Positions 1 to 11,666 of a stretch of 64,000 nucleotides of DNA are shown piece by piece (positions within the stretch are counted from its first letter, which is position 1; every line of letters starts with the position of its first letter). A program made the position numbers and the translations under genes. The notes beneath the pieces were generated by a model that saw only the letters and a list, made by a program, of their open reading frames with translations, searched no databases and was not told the origin of the DNA. The stretch lies in NCBI RefSeq assembly GCF_016026235.1, contig NZ_CP065613.1. One strand, written 5' to 3'. The stretch comes from Escherichia coli (GTDB taxonomy: Bacteria > Pseudomonadota > Gammaproteobacteria > Enterobacterales > Enterobacteriaceae).

Positions 1-420
1 GCTAACGAAATGGCAGAGTTGCTGTTCGGGCAGTTGGTGATGTTGCTGAATCGCCATCGTTACACCAGTGATTCGTTGCCGCCAACATCCAGCGAAACGT
101 TGCTGGATAAGCTGATTACCCGGTTGGCGGCTAGCCTGAAAAGTCCCTTTGCGCTGGATAAATTTTGTGATGAGGCATCGTGCAGTGAGCGCGTTTTGCG
201 TCAGCAATTTCGCCAGCAGACTGGAATGACCATCAATCAATATCTGCGGCAGGTCAGAGTGTGTCATGCGCAATATCTTCTCCAGCATAGCCGCCTGTTA
301 ATCAGTGATATTTCGACCGAATGTGGCTTTGAAGATAGTAACTATTTTTCGGTGGTGTTTACCCGGGAAACCGGGATGACGCCCAGCCAGTGGCGCCATC
401 TCAATTCGCAGAAAGATTAA
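1..420 (+). CDS. rhaR: AraC-family rhamnose operon activator RhaR, C-terminal part (5' end lies outside the window)
   Basis: In-frame reading from window edge to TAA at 418-420; translation is an AraC-type HTH C-terminus; lies beside rhaT as in E. coli. Confidence 0.85.
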
Positions 421-1451
421 TTCGCCATGCCGATGCCGACGATGTTAGCGGCGACAATAATCACCACACAACCGAGGCTCAACACCGTTACCGGACGGCG
501 TCCTGCATTGTTCCACTCTTTCAGCACCAGCCCGACGATACCGCCGCACAATACATAGAAACTCATATGCAGCATCCAACTGATGTAGTCATACTGCGCC
601 GGAATGCGGGCGTGGCCCCAGGCATAGAAAAAGAATTGCAGATACCACATCAACCCGCCCAGTGCCGAGAGTAACACATTGTGAATGATCAGCGGTTTTG
701 CCAGCGAGAAGTCGGCTTTTAGCGACAAATCCTTCACTTTTGCCAGACGAATAAAACAGAAACCGAGGTTAATGATCGCGCCGCCGCCCATGATGACAAC
801 ATAGCTTGGCAGAGCGACATACAGTGGATCGACGCCTGGTGCGGCAGCGGCTTCATGCATCGGTTTTGCGGCGTTCATCGCAAAGGACATCCCGGCAGAG
901 AAAATGCCGCACATCACCGCCAGCACCAGTCCTTTTTTCAGATTGAACTCTTCGGCTTTAATGCCCATCTTGCGCTCTTTCAACTGCCCGGCTCGAGTTA
1001 CAATCCCTACGCCAATCAGCGCCACCAGAACGCCGAGCAACGTCATGCGTCCGCCTTCGGTGCTAATCAACACATCGAAATTGCCGTTGATAATTGGCGT
1101 CATCAGCGTACCGACAATCAACGTAATGCCAATGGCGATGCCAATTCCCATCGACATGCCGAGATAACGCATGGTCAGGCCGTAGTTGATATTACCGATC
1201 CCCCACATAGCGCCGAACAGAAAAACAGGCAGCAGCGTAGAGAGACTAAACGAGCTGTAATACGCCCAGAAATTCGGTAGTAACAGGGCGCTGATGGCCC
1301 ACGGCAGAATAATCCACGAAACAATCCCACCGACTGACCACATGGTTTCCCATGACCATTTTTTTACTTTTTTGAACGGAGCGTAAAAACAGGCTGCACT
1401 GGCCGCGCCGATCAAATGCCAAAATATCCCCATCGTAATCGCGTTACTCAT
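417..1451 (-). CDS. rhaT: L-rhamnose-proton symporter
   Basis: 344-aa ORF, highly hydrophobic multi-TM protein, length and sequence match RhaT as recalled; position between rhaR and sodA. Confidence 0.93.
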
Positions 1452-1620
1452 CTTCTTATCCTCATCATTTTTCGTCGCGTCACATCTCCGACGAGATGAG
1501 TGTAAAAATCGTGCTGTCGATTAACCTTTCGCCTGTTGCCGCCGTTGTCGATTTACTGGCAATCACGGCATTAAGTGGGTGATTTGCTTCACATCTCGGG
1601 CATTTTCCTGCAAAACCATA
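1452..1620 (-). promoter_or_regulatory. rhaT promoter region (RhaS/CRP-dependent in E. coli)
   Basis: Non-coding stretch immediately upstream of rhaT start; individual sites not resolved by eye. Confidence 0.35.
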
Positions 1621-1642
1621 CCCTTACGAAAAGTACGGCATT

Positions 1643-1665
1643 GATAATCATTTTCAATATCATTT
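1643..1665 (+). promoter_or_regulatory. Fur box in sodA promoter
   Basis: gataatcattttcaatatcattt resembles the GATAATGATAATCATTATC Fur consensus; tataat -10 follows at 1674-1679. Confidence 0.6.
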
Positions 1666-1735
1666 AATTAACTATAATGAACCAACTGCTTACGCGGCAT
1701 TAACAATCGGCCGCCCGACAATACTGGAGATGAAT

Positions 1736-2356
1736 ATGAGCTATACCCTGCCATCCCTGCCGTATGCTTACGATGCCCTGGAACCGCACTTCGATAAGCA
1801 GACCATGGAAATCCACCACACCAAACACCATCAGACCTACGTCAACAACGCCAACGCGGCGTTGGAAAGCCTGCCAGAATTTGCCAACCTGCCGGTTGAA
1901 GAGCTGATCACCAAACTGGACCAGCTGCCAGCAGACAAGAAAACCGTACTGCGCAACAACGCTGGCGGTCACGCTAACCACAGCCTGTTCTGGAAAGGTC
2001 TGAAAAAAGGCACCACCCTGCAGGGTGACCTGAAAGCGGCTATCGAACGTGATTTCGGTTCCGTAGATAACTTCAAAGCAGAATTTGAGAAAGCGGCAGC
2101 TTCCCGCTTTGGTTCCGGCTGGGCATGGCTGGTGCTGAAAGGCGATAAACTGGCGGTGGTTTCTACTGCTAACCAGGACTCCCCGCTGATGGGTGAAGCT
2201 ATTTCTGGCGCATCCGGCTTCCCGATTCTGGGCCTGGATGTGTGGGAACATGCTTACTACCTGAAATTCCAGAACCGCCGCCCGGACTACATCAAAGAGT
2301 TCTGGAACGTGGTGAACTGGGACGAAGCAGCGGCACGTTTCGCGGCGAAAAAATAA
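1736..2356 (+). CDS. sodA: Manganese superoxide dismutase
   Basis: ORF track 1730..2356; start moved to ATG 1736 ([20 protein letters not shown]...) giving 206 aa; Mn/Fe-SOD signature throughout. Confidence 0.96.
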   Translation: MSYTLPSLPYAYDALEPHFDKQTMEIHHTKHHQTYVNNANAALESLPEFANLPVEELITKLDQLPADKKTVLRNNAGGHANHSLFWKGLKKGTTLQGDLKAAIERDFGSVDNFKAEFEKAAASRFGSGWAWLVLKGDKLAVVSTANQDSPLMGEAISGASGFPILGLDVWEHAYYLKFQNRRPDYIKEFWNVVNWDEAAARFAAKK

Positions 2357-2412
2357 TCATTTGCCGTCTGCTGCAATGAGGCGTTTACGCCGCATATCAG
2401 CTTAAAAAATGA

Positions 2413-2440
2413 ACCATCGCCAATGGCGGTGGTTTTTTTT
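2413..2440 (+). terminator. sodA intrinsic terminator
   Basis: Hairpin accatcgcc-aat-ggcggtggt followed by an 8-T run. Confidence 0.75.
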
Positions 2441-2477
2441 GTGATCAATTTCAAAATAAAAACAATGATCCGATAAA

Positions 2478-2497
2478 AATAAAACAGCGTTTCAATT
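2478..2497 (+). promoter_or_regulatory. Putative KdgR operator upstream of kdgT
   Basis: aataaaacagcgtttcaatt is a near-palindrome resembling the KdgR box; kdgT is a known KdgR regulon member. Confidence 0.45.
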
Positions 2498-2616
2498 GAT
2501 GTGGTTTTGATCACTTTTATTGATTAAATGAATGTCTATCTTCGTTTCCATCAACACTGATGCTCCATTGAGGAATTACGCATCAGCCCTTAAAAATATG
2601 CCGACAGGTGATGGAA

Positions 2617-3600
2617 ATGCAGATAAAACGCTCGATTGAGAAAATCCCGGGGGGGATGATGCTCGTCCCGCTATTCCTTGGCGCACTGTGCCACACCTTC
2701 TCGCCGAGGGCGGGGAAATATTTTGGATCATTCACCAACGGGATGATTACCGGTACGGTGCCCATTCTGGCGGTGTGGTTTTTTTGCATGGGGGCGTCAA
2801 TAAAATTAAGCGCGACGGGAACGGTACTGCGTAAATCCGGTACGCTGGTGGTAACTAAAATTGCCGTCGCGTGGGTGGTTGCGGCAATTGCCTCGCGTAT
2901 TATTCCGGAACATGGTGTTGAAGTTGGATTCTTTGCCGGACTTTCAACGCTGGCGCTGGTGGCGGCGATGGATATGACCAACGGCGGACTTTACGCTTCC
3001 ATCATGCAGCAGTACGGCACAAAAGAAGAAGCTGGGGCATTTGTGTTGATGTCGTTGGAGTCCGGGCCGCTCATGACGATGATTATTCTGGGCACTGCAG
3101 GGATTGCCTCGTTTGAACCGCATGTTTTCGTCGGCGCAGTATTACCGTTCCTGGTGGGCTTTGCCCTTGGGAACCTTGACCCTGAATTACGAGAATTTTT
3201 CAGCAAAGCGGTGCAGACGCTGATTCCATTCTTTGCCTTCGCGCTGGGCAATACCATTGATTTGACTGTGATTGCCCAGACTGGTTTGCTGGGGATCCTG
3301 TTGGGTGTGGCAGTAATTATCGTGACCGGTATTCCGTTGATTATCGCCGATAAATTGATTGGCGGTGGCGATGGCACTGCCGGAATTGCCGCTTCCAGTT
3401 CCGCAGGGGCCGCGGTAGCGACACCTGTGCTGATTGCAGAAATGGTGCCTGCGTTTAAACCGATGGCTCCGGCAGCAACTTCGCTGGTAGCGACGGCAGT
3501 CATTGTGACTTCGATTCTGGTGCCAATTCTTACCTCTATCTGGTCACGTAAAGTCAAAGCCAGAGCGGCGAAAATCGAAATTTTAGGTACGGTGAAATAA
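2617..3600 (+). CDS. kdgT: 2-keto-3-deoxygluconate permease
   Basis: ORF track 2608..3600; start set at ATG 2617 ([13 protein letters not shown]...) giving 327 aa; multi-TM transporter. Confidence 0.92.
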   Translation: MQIKRSIEKIPGGMMLVPLFLGALCHTFSPRAGKYFGSFTNGMITGTVPILAVWFFCMGASIKLSATGTVLRKSGTLVVTKIAVAWVVAAIASRIIPEHGVEVGFFAGLSTLALVAAMDMTNGGLYASIMQQYGTKEEAGAFVLMSLESGPLMTMIILGTAGIASFEPHVFVGAVLPFLVGFALGNLDPELREFFSKAVQTLIPFFAFALGNTIDLTVIAQTGLLGILLGVAVIIVTGIPLIIADKLIGGGDGTAGIAASSSAGAAVATPVLIAEMVPAFKPMAPAATSLVATAVIVTSILVPILTSIWSRKVKARAAKIEILGTVK

Positions 3601-3748
3601 ACCTGCTTCCTTAATCCCCACCGCCGGATGAACTAACGTTCGTCCGGTTTGCTATTGAGTTCCTGCCTGGATACTTACCGCGAAAACAGCACGCCTGACA
3701 TAAAATAAATATGGTCTAATGGGGAAATTTCTCGTGGAGAGGGAACAG

Positions 3749-4423
3749 ATGCGATATCCGGTTGATGTATACACAGGCAAGATTCAGGCTTATCCCGAAG
3801 GCAAACCCAGCGCAATTGCCAAAATCCAGGTTGATGGTGAGTTGATGCTGACGGAGCTGGGGCTGGAAGGTGACGAGCAGGCGGAGAAAAAGGTTCACGG
3901 CGGACCAGACAGAGCGCTGTGTCATTATCCTCGTGAGCATTATCTCTACTGGGCGCGGGAATTTCCGGAACAGGCGGAGTTGTTTGTGGCGCCTGCGTTT
4001 GGCGAAAATCTCTCAACCGACGGTCTGACGGAAAGTAATGTTTATATGGGCGATATTTTCCGCTGGGGAGAGGCATTAATTCAGGTCAGCCAGCCGCGCT
4101 CGCCTTGCTATAAACTCAATTACCATTTTGATATCAGCGATATAGCGCAGTTGATGCAAAACACGGGTAAAGTGGGATGGTTGTATAGCGTGATAGCGCC
4201 AGGGAAAGTGTCTGCGGACGCGCCGCTGGAGTTGGTTTCCCGTGTCAGCGATGTGACCGTGCAGGAGGCTGCCGCCATCGCATGGCATATGCCGTTTGAT
4301 GACGATCAGTATCACCGTTTACTCTCCGCCGCCGGGTTATCGAAAAGCTGGACGCGGACGATGCAAAAGCGCCGACTGAGCGGCAAGATCGAAGATTTTT
4401 CCCGCCGGTTGTGGGGAAAATAA
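3749..4423 (+). CDS. yiiM: MOSC-domain protein YiiM
   Basis: ORF track 3719..4423; start set at ATG 3749 (MRYPVDVYTGK...) with a GGAG-rich RBS upstream; 224 aa. Confidence 0.9.
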   Translation: MRYPVDVYTGKIQAYPEGKPSAIAKIQVDGELMLTELGLEGDEQAEKKVHGGPDRALCHYPREHYLYWAREFPEQAELFVAPAFGENLSTDGLTESNVYMGDIFRWGEALIQVSQPRSPCYKLNYHFDISDIAQLMQNTGKVGWLYSVIAPGKVSADAPLELVSRVSDVTVQEAAAIAWHMPFDDDQYHRLLSAAGLSKSWTRTMQKRRLSGKIEDFSRRLWGK

Positions 4424-4433
4424 CCCTCGGAGT

Positions 4434-4517
4434 GTAGGCCTGATAAGACGCTATCAGCGTCGCATCAGGCATCCTGCTCAAATGCCGGATGCGGCGTAAA
4501 CGCCTTATCCTGCCTAC
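4434..4517. repeat. BIME: two inverted REP elements
   Basis: gtaggcctgataagacgc...cgcatcaggc and gccggatgcggcgtaaacgccttatcc...ctac. Confidence 0.85.
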
Positions 4518-4528
4518 AAATGCGGAGT

Positions 4529-5902
4529 TTAACTCCGCTTATACAGCGGCAACCAAATCACCAGCCGTAAACCGCCCAGCGGGCTGTCTTCTGCTTTAAC
4601 CCAGCCACGATGCTGCTGAATGGCGGTTTCAACAATCGCCAGCCCCAATCCTGTACCGCCAGATTCACGATCGCGTGCTTCATCGGTCCGATAGAACGGA
4701 CGGAAAATCTGTTCGCGATCTTCCGGGCTAACGCCAGGACCATCGTCGTCCACCGTAATGGTGATACCGTCTTTATCTACCGCAAAGCCCACTTCAATCT
4801 TCGTATGGGAATAACGCAGAGCATTACGAACAATGTTTTCCAGCGCACTTTCCAGGGCGTTCGGATTGCCGTACAGCGGCCACGGCCCAGGCGGGAAGTT
4901 AACTGTCAACGACTTGCCCATTTGCTCGGCTTCGAACGCCGCGTTATCCAGCACTTCACTCCACAACTGGTTGGCTTTGATGGTTTCGCTAACCAGCGCG
5001 TTTTTTTGCTGATTACGTGACATCACCAACAGATCGTTGATCATGCTGTCCAGACGTTGCGCTTCGGTTTCAATACGCTCCAGTTCCTTGCTTTCACCGC
5101 TACGACGGCGCAGTAACGCCGTACCCAGTTGCAGACGCGTCAGCGGGGTGCGCAGCTCGTGAGAGATATCAGAAAGCAGACGCTGCTGAGAGGTCATCAT
5201 GCGCTCCAGCGCGGTGACCATCTGGTTAAAACTGGCACCTGCGGCAAGGAATTCCTGTGGCCCCGCTTCCAGTTCCGGGTGCTGGCGTAAGTTTCCCTGG
5301 GCAACTTCATCGGCAGCGTTTTTCAGCTTACGCGCCGGTTTTGCCAGACTCCAGGCCAACCACAACAGCAGCGGCGTACTGACCAACATGGTGACAATCA
5401 GCAGTAATAGCGGGCGGTCAAACAGTAAGTTAATGAAATCGGATTGAGAACTGCTGGCCGGACGAATCAGATAAAGTTGGTAATTATCTTCGCCATCACG
5501 CACGGAGAACGGACCGACCAGTTCCACGCGGCCATACTTTTTCTTCTGCGGATGATCGGCGTTATCGGCCTGACCAATAAAGTTACGAATGATCTGCATT
5601 TCGCTGCGTTCAGCGCCGATCACGCGGCCTTCGGTGGTCACCAATAACAAACGCTGTCCTGGCGGTGCCCACTTATCAATCGCCCGGAACAGACGCCGCC
5701 ACCACATTAAATCGTTGGGCGGATCGTTCGCCAGCTCCGCTTCAACATGCTGCTCAATCATCAGCCCCTGACGCTGTTCGCTATCCAGAAGCTCGGTCAT
5801 CTGGCGTGAATCGAGCTTGGGTAACATCAAAACCAACATCAACACCAGCGCCAGCGTCAGCCAGAAGATGGCGAAGATGCGCGCGGTTAAGCTGCCTATC
5901 AT
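4529..5902 (-). CDS. cpxA: Envelope-stress sensor histidine kinase CpxA
   Basis: 457-aa ORF; TM segments, HAMP and histidine kinase motifs; overlaps cpxR by 4 bp. Confidence 0.96.
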   Translation of the reverse strand: MIGSLTARIFAIFWLTLALVLMLVLMLPKLDSRQMTELLDSEQRQGLMIEQHVEAELANDPPNDLMWWRRLFRAIDKWAPPGQRLLLVTTEGRVIGAERSEMQIIRNFIGQADNADHPQKKKYGRVELVGPFSVRDGEDNYQLYLIRPASSSQSDFINLLFDRPLLLLIVTMLVSTPLLLWLAWSLAKPARKLKNAADEVAQGNLRQHPELEAGPQEFLAAGASFNQMVTALERMMTSQQRLLSDISHELRTPLTRLQLGTALLRRRSGESKELERIETEAQRLDSMINDLLVMSRNQQKNALVSETIKANQLWSEVLDNAAFEAEQMGKSLTVNFPPGPWPLYGNPNALESALENIVRNALRYSHTKIEVGFAVDKDGITITVDDDGPGVSPEDREQIFRPFYRTDEARDRESGGTGLGLAIVETAIQQHRGWVKAEDSPLGGLRLVIWLPLYKRS

Positions 5903-6597
5903 GAAGCAGAAACCATCAGGTAGCCGCGACCACGCAAGGTTTTAAACCACGGGTGACCATCTTTACGATCCGGCAGTTTACGACGCAGGTTGGAAATGTG
6001 CATATCGATAGCGCGGTCGAAAGGCGTCAGGCGTTTGCCCAGCACTTCCTGGCTTAAATGTTCACGGGAAACCACCTGACCCAGATGCTGTGCCAGCAAA
6101 TAGAGCAGGGTAAACTCAGTACCGGTTAACTCCAGCGTTTGCCCGTCGAAGCTGGCTTCCTGACGGCCTGGATTCAGCACTAAGGCATCAACTTCCAGTG
6201 TCGGTGAACCGTTGTCGTTGTTTTGCTGTTGCTCGCTCCAGTGCGAACGGCGCAGGATCGCGCGAATACGTGCCACCAGCTCACGATCATTAAACGGTTT
6301 CGGGAGATAGTCATCTGCGCCCAGCTCAAGGCCGAGAACGCGATCAAGTTCACTGCCGCGCGCCGTCAACATAATGACAGGCGTCTGGTGTGTCTGGCGA
6401 AGTGCTTTTAATGTGTCGATACCATTTTTCTTCGGCATCATTACGTCAAGCAAAAGTAAATCAATGCTGTCGTCCAGAAGATCAAGCGCCTGTTCCCCAT
6501 CGTGGGCAACAATCACGTTGAAGCCTTCCATCTCGAGCAGCTCCTTTAATAGGGAAGTCAGCTCTCGGTCATCATCAACTAACAGGATTTTATTCAT
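5899..6597 (-). CDS. cpxR: OmpR-family response regulator CpxR
   Basis: 232-aa ORF; receiver domain (MNKILLVDDD...) plus winged-helix C-terminus. Confidence 0.96.
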   Translation of the reverse strand: MNKILLVDDDRELTSLLKELLEMEGFNVIVAHDGEQALDLLDDSIDLLLLDVMMPKKNGIDTLKALRQTHQTPVIMLTARGSELDRVLGLELGADDYLPKPFNDRELVARIRAILRRSHWSEQQQNNDNGSPTLEVDALVLNPGRQEASFDGQTLELTGTEFTLLYLLAQHLGQVVSREHLSQEVLGKRLTPFDRAIDMHISNLRRKLPDRKDGHPWFKTLRGRGYLMVSAS

Positions 6598-6652
6598 TGT
6601 TTAAATACCTCCGAGGCAGAAATTACGTCATCAGACGTCGCTAATCCATGAC

Positions 6653-6667
6653 TTTACGTTGTTTTAC
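6653..6667 (-). promoter_or_regulatory. CpxR box in divergent cpxRA / cpxP promoter region
   Basis: Bottom strand reads gtaaaacaacgtaaa, i.e. GTAAA-N5-GTAAA. Confidence 0.7.
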
Positions 6668-6746
6668 ACCCCCTGACGCATGTTTGCAGCCTGAATCGTA
6701 AACTCTCTATCGTTGAATCGCGACAGAAAGATTTTGGGAGCAAATG

Positions 6747-7247
6747 ATGCGCATAGTTACCGCTGCCGTCATGGCCTCAACGCTGGCAGTCAGTTCATTA
6801 AGCCACGCTGCTGAAGTCGGTTCAGGCGATAACTGGCATCCGGGTGAAGAACTTACGCAGCGCAGTACGCAGAGCCATATGTTCGACGGCATAAGTTTAA
6901 CCGAACATCAGCGTCAGCAGATGCGAGATCTTATGCAACAGGCCCGGCACGAACAGCCTCCTGTTAATGTTAGCGAACTGGAGACAATGCATCGCCTTGT
7001 CACCGCAGAAAATTTTGATGAAAACGCTGTGCGCGCACAGGCAGAAAAAATGGCGAATGAGCAAATTGCTCGTCAGGTTGAGATGGCAAAAGTCCGCAAC
7101 CAAATGTATCGCCTGTTAACGCCGGAGCAGCAAGCGGTTTTAAACGAGAAACATCAACAACGAATGGAGCAGTTGCGCGACGTGACGCAATGGCAAAAAA
7201 GTTCATCGTTGAAGCTATTGAGTAGTAGCAACTCACGTTCCCAGTAG
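6747..7247 (+). CDS. cpxP: Periplasmic Cpx-pathway adaptor/inhibitor CpxP
   Basis: ORF track 6744..7247; start at second ATG ([11 protein letters not shown]...) giving 166 aa; signal peptide plus LTXXQ motifs. Confidence 0.93.
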
Positions 7248-7256
7248 TAAACCCTG

Positions 7257-7314
7257 TTTTCCTTGCCATAGACACCATCCCTGTCTTCCCCCACATGATG
7301 TGGGGGTTTTTTTT
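7257..7314 (+). ncRNA. cpxQ: CpxQ sRNA (processed from cpxP 3' UTR), inferred
   Basis: cpxP 3' UTR ending in strong hairpin cccccacatgatgtggggg (7288-7306) plus T-run; CpxQ is known to derive from this 3' UTR; 5' end not determinable here. Confidence 0.45.
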
Positions 7315-7315
7315 A
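7288..7315 (+). terminator. cpxP intrinsic terminator
   Basis: Perfect 8-bp GC-rich stem with 3-nt loop followed by 8 T. Confidence 0.85.
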
Positions 7316-7395
7316 TCCTCAATTTGCCTGCTGCTTAATGCATTGCGGATGATTTGCTTCCGTTATACTAGCGTCAGTTGATAGCGGGAGTATTT

Positions 7396-8298
7396 ATGAA
7401 TCAATCTTATGGACGGCTGGTCAGTCGGGCGGCGATTGCTGCGACGGCGATGGCTTCGCTGCTATTGCTGATTAAAATTTTTGCATGGTGGTATACCGGG
7501 TCGGTGAGTATTCTCGCCGCGCTGGTGGATTCGCTGGTGGATATCGGCGCGTCGTTGACGAATTTATTGGTAGTGCGATATTCCCTGCAACCTGCCGACG
7601 ATAATCACTCGTTTGGTCACGGTAAAGCTGAGTCCCTCGCGGCGCTGGCGCAAAGTATGTTTATCTCCGGTTCGGCACTATTCCTGTTTTTGACAGGCAT
7701 TCAACATCTGATATCTCCAACACCGATGACAGATCCAGGCGTCGGGGTTATCGTGACAATTGTGGCGCTAATTTGTACGATTATCCTTGTCTCGTTTCAG
7801 CGTTGGGTGGTGCGCCGGACGCAAAGCCAGGCGGTGCGGGCTGATATGCTACATTACCAGTCTGATGTTATGATGAACGGCGCAATTCTGCTGGCGCTGG
7901 GGTTGTCCTGGTACGGCTGGCATCGCGCCGATGCTCTGTTTGCATTGGGAATCGGCATCTATATTTTATATAGCGCGTTACGCATGGGATATGAGGCGGT
8001 ACAGTCATTACTGGATCGCGCATTACCTGATGAGGAACGGCAAGAAATTATTGATATCGTGACTTCCTGGCCGGGTGTTAGCGGCGCTCACGATCTTCGC
8101 ACGCGGCAGTCAGGGCCGACCCGCTTTATTCAGATTCATTTGGAAATGGAAGACTCTCTGCCTTTGGTTCAGGCACATATGGTGGCGGATCAGGTAGAGC
8201 AGGCTATTTTACGGCGTTTTCCGGGATCGGATGTGATTATCCATCAGGACCCCTGTTCCGTCGTACCCAGGGAGGGTAAACGGTCTATGCTTTCATAA
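7396..8298 (+). CDS. fieF: Cation-diffusion facilitator Fe/Zn efflux protein
   Basis: ORF track 7378..8298; start at ATG 7396 ([19 protein letters not shown]...) giving 300 aa. Confidence 0.93.
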
Positions 8299-8478
8299 TC
8301 AGTATAAAAGAGAGCCAGACCCGCATTTTGTGTATAAAATACCGCCATTTGGCCTGACCTGAATCAATTCAGCAGGAAGTGATTGTTATACTATTTGCAC
8401 ATTCGTTGGATCACTTCGATGTGCAAGAAGACTTCCGGCAACAGATTTCATTTTGCATTCCAAAGTTCAGAGGTAGTC

Positions 8479-9441
8479 ATGATTAAGAAAATCGGTGTGT
8501 TGACAAGCGGCGGTGATGCGCCAGGCATGAACGCCGCAATTCGCGGGGTTGTTCGTTCTGCGCTGACAGAAGGTCTGGAAGTAATGGGCATTTATGACGG
8601 CTATCTGGGTCTGTATGAAGACCGTATGGTACAGCTAGACCGTTACAGCGTTTCTGACATGATCAACCGTGGCGGTACGTTCCTCGGTTCTGCGCGTTTC
8701 CCGGAATTCCGCGACGAGAACATCCGCGCCGTGGCTATCGAAAACCTGAAAAAACGTGGGATCGATGCGCTGGTGGTTATCGGCGGTGACGGTTCCTACA
8801 TGGGTGCAATGCGTCTGACCGAAATGGGCTTCCCGTGCATCGGCCTGCCGGGCACTATCGACAACGACATCAAAGGCACTGACTACACTATCGGTTTCTT
8901 CACTGCGCTGAGCACCGTTGTAGAAGCGATCGACCGTCTGCGTGACACCTCTTCTTCTCACCAGCGTATTTCCGTGGTGGAAGTGATGGGCCGTTATTGT
9001 GGCGATCTGACGTTGGCTGCGGCCATTGCTGGTGGCTGTGAATTCGTTGTGGTTCCGGAAGTTGAATTCAGCCGTGAAGACCTGGTAAACGAAATCAAAG
9101 CGGGTATCGCGAAAGGTAAAAAACACGCGATCGTGGCGATTACCGAACATATGTGTGATGTTGACGAACTGGCGCATTTCATCGAGAAAGAAACCGGTCG
9201 TGAAACCCGCGCAACTGTGCTGGGCCATATCCAGCGCGGTGGTTCTCCGGTGCCTTACGACCGTATTCTGGCTTCCCGTATGGGCGCTTACGCTATCGAT
9301 CTGCTGCTGGCAGGTTACGGCGGTCGTTGCGTAGGTATTCAGAACGAACAGCTGGTTCACCACGACATCATCGACGCTATCGAAAACATGAAGCGTCCGT
9401 TCAAAGGCGACTGGCTGGACTGCGCGAAAAAACTGTATTAA
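8479..9441 (+). CDS. pfkA: 6-phosphofructokinase I
   Basis: ORF track 8383..9441 starts too far upstream; ATG 8479 ([23 protein letters not shown]...) gives 320 aa. Confidence 0.96.
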
Positions 9442-9497
9442 TGATTTCGGAAAAAGGCAGATTCCTTTAGCCTGAAACCGATGACAGAAGCAAAAAT

Positions 9498-9595
9498 GCC
9501 TGATGCGCTTCGCTTATCAGGCCTACGTGAATTCTGCAATTTATTGAATTTACAAACTTTTGTAGGCCGGATAAGGCGTTCGCGCCTCATCCGGC
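9498..9595. repeat. BIME: two inverted REP elements
   Basis: gcctgatgcgcttcgcttatcaggcctac ... gtaggccggataaggcgttcgcgcctcatccggc. Confidence 0.85.
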
Positions 9596-9760
9596 ATCGA
9601 TAAAGCGCACTTTGTCAGCAATATGAGGCGGATTTCTTCCGCCTTTTTAACCCCTCAACATATACCCGCAAGTTATAGCCAATCTTTTTTTATTCTTTAA
9701 TGTTTGGTTAACCTTCTGGCACGCTTTGCTCATCACAACACAACATAAGAGAGTCGGGCG

Positions 9761-10750
9761 ATGAACAAGTGGGGCGTAGGGTTAACATTTTTGCTGGCGG
9801 CAACCAGCGTTATGGCAAAGGATATTCAGCTTCTTAACGTTTCATATGATCCAACGCGCGAATTGTACGAACAGTACAACAAGGCATTCAGCGCCCACTG
9901 GAAACAGCAAACTGGCGATAACGTGGTGATTCGTCAGTCACACGGTGGTTCAGGCAAACAAGCGACGTCGGTAATCAACGGTATTGAAGCTGATGTTGTC
10001 ACGCTGGCTCTGGCCTATGACGTGGACGCGATTGCGGAACGCGGGCGGATTGATAAAGAGTGGATCAAACGTCTGCCGGATAACTCCGCACCGTACACTT
10101 CCACCATTGTTTTCCTGGTGCGTAAGGGCAATCCGAAGCAGATCCATGACTGGAACGATCTGATTAAACCGGGTGTTTCAGTGATCACGCCTAATCCGAA
10201 AAGCTCTGGTGGCGCGCGCTGGAATTACCTGGCTGCCTGGGGCTACGCGCTGCATCACAACAACAACGATCAGGCAAAAGCACAGGATTTTGTTCGGGCA
10301 CTGTATAAAAACGTCGAAGTTCTGGATTCTGGCGCGCGCGGCTCCACTAATACCTTTGTCGAGCGCGGGATTGGCGATGTACTGATCGCCTGGGAAAACG
10401 AAGCTCTGCTGGCAGCGAATGAACTGGGGAAAGATAAATTCGAAATCGTCACGCCGAGTGAGTCTATCCTCGCAGAGCCAACCGTGTCGGTGGTCGATAA
10501 AGTGGTCGAGAAAAAAGGCACCAAAGAGGTGGCGGAAGCCTACCTGAAATATCTCTACTCGCCAGAAGGTCAGGAAATTGCCGCGAAAAACTACTACCGT
10601 CCGCGCGACGCTGAAGTAGCGAAAAAGTACGAAAATGCGTTTCCAAAGCTGAAGTTATTCACCATTGATGAAGAGTTCGGCGGCTGGACGAAAGCGCAAA
10701 AAGAGCATTTTGCTAACGGCGGTACGTTCGATCAGATCAGCAAACGCTGA
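9761..10750 (+). CDS. sbp: Periplasmic sulfate-binding protein
   Basis: 329-aa ORF with signal peptide; matches Sbp. Confidence 0.94.
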
Positions 10751-10856
10751 TTTCCCCTGGATAATTATCAAACCCGGTGGTTTCTCGCGACCGGGTTTTT
10801 TATTTGTCACGATTTTGCGTTACCCTTGCATCTCTTTGAGGTACAGGGAAAAAAAG

Positions 10857-11612
10857 ATGAAAAAAGCGGGTCTTCTTTTTTTGGTGATGATAGTTATCGC
10901 CGTTGTGGCTGCCGGTATTGGTTACTGGAAATTAACCGGTGAAGAGTCGGATACATTACGTAAGATTGTCCTTGAGGAATGTTTGCCCAATCAGCAGCAA
11001 AATCAAAATCCTTCGCCATGTGCGGAAGTCAAACCCAATGCCGGATACGTGGTTTTAAAAGATCTTAATGGTCCACTGCAATATCTGTTGATGCCAACGT
11101 ATCGTATTAACGGTACTGAAAGTCCTTTGTTGACCGATCCTTCAACGCCGAACTTCTTTTGGTTGGCCTGGCAGGCGCGTGATTTTATGGGCAAAAAATA
11201 CGGCCAGCCGGTTCCCGATCGCGCGGTTTCTTTGGCGATCAACTCCCGCACCGGGCGTACGCAAAACCATTTTCATATTCATATCTCTTGTATTCGTCCT
11301 GATGTGCGCGAACAACTGGATAAAAATCTGGCGAACATCAGCAGCCGCTGGTTGCCACTGCCAGGTGGTTTGCGCGGGCATGAATACCTGGCGCGTCGGG
11401 TAACGGAAAGCGAACTGGTACAACGCAGCCCATTTATGATGCTTGCAGAAGAAGTGCCTGAAGCGCGGGAACATATGGGAAGCTACGGGCTGGCGATGGT
11501 ACGGCAGAGTGATAATTCGTTTGTGTTGCTGGCGACACAACGAAATCTACTGACGCTGAACCGTGCTTCAGCCGAGGAAATTCAGGATCATCAGTGTGAG
11601 ATTTTGCGTTAA
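10857..11612 (+). CDS. cdh: CDP-diacylglycerol pyrophosphatase
   Basis: ORF track 10665..11612; start at ATG 10857 ([25 protein letters not shown]...) giving 251 aa. Confidence 0.92.
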   Translation: MKKAGLLFLVMIVIAVVAAGIGYWKLTGEESDTLRKIVLEECLPNQQQNQNPSPCAEVKPNAGYVVLKDLNGPLQYLLMPTYRINGTESPLLTDPSTPNFFWLAWQARDFMGKKYGQPVPDRAVSLAINSRTGRTQNHFHIHISCIRPDVREQLDKNLANISSRWLPLPGGLRGHEYLARRVTESELVQRSPFMMLAEEVPEAREHMGSYGLAMVRQSDNSFVLLATQRNLLTLNRASAEEIQDHQCEILR

Positions 11613-11666
11613 GGCGAAGAGTTAAGGAAAGTAAGTGCCGGATATGAAATCCGGCACCTGTCAGAC

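Noticed and set aside
1700-2251. 183-aa ORF on the minus strand
   Set aside because: Lies entirely antisense within sodA, whose product is unmistakable; no RBS; typical shadow ORF in a GC-rich coding region.
8635-9363. 242-aa ORF on the minus strand
   Set aside because: Antisense to pfkA; low-complexity translation; shadow ORF.
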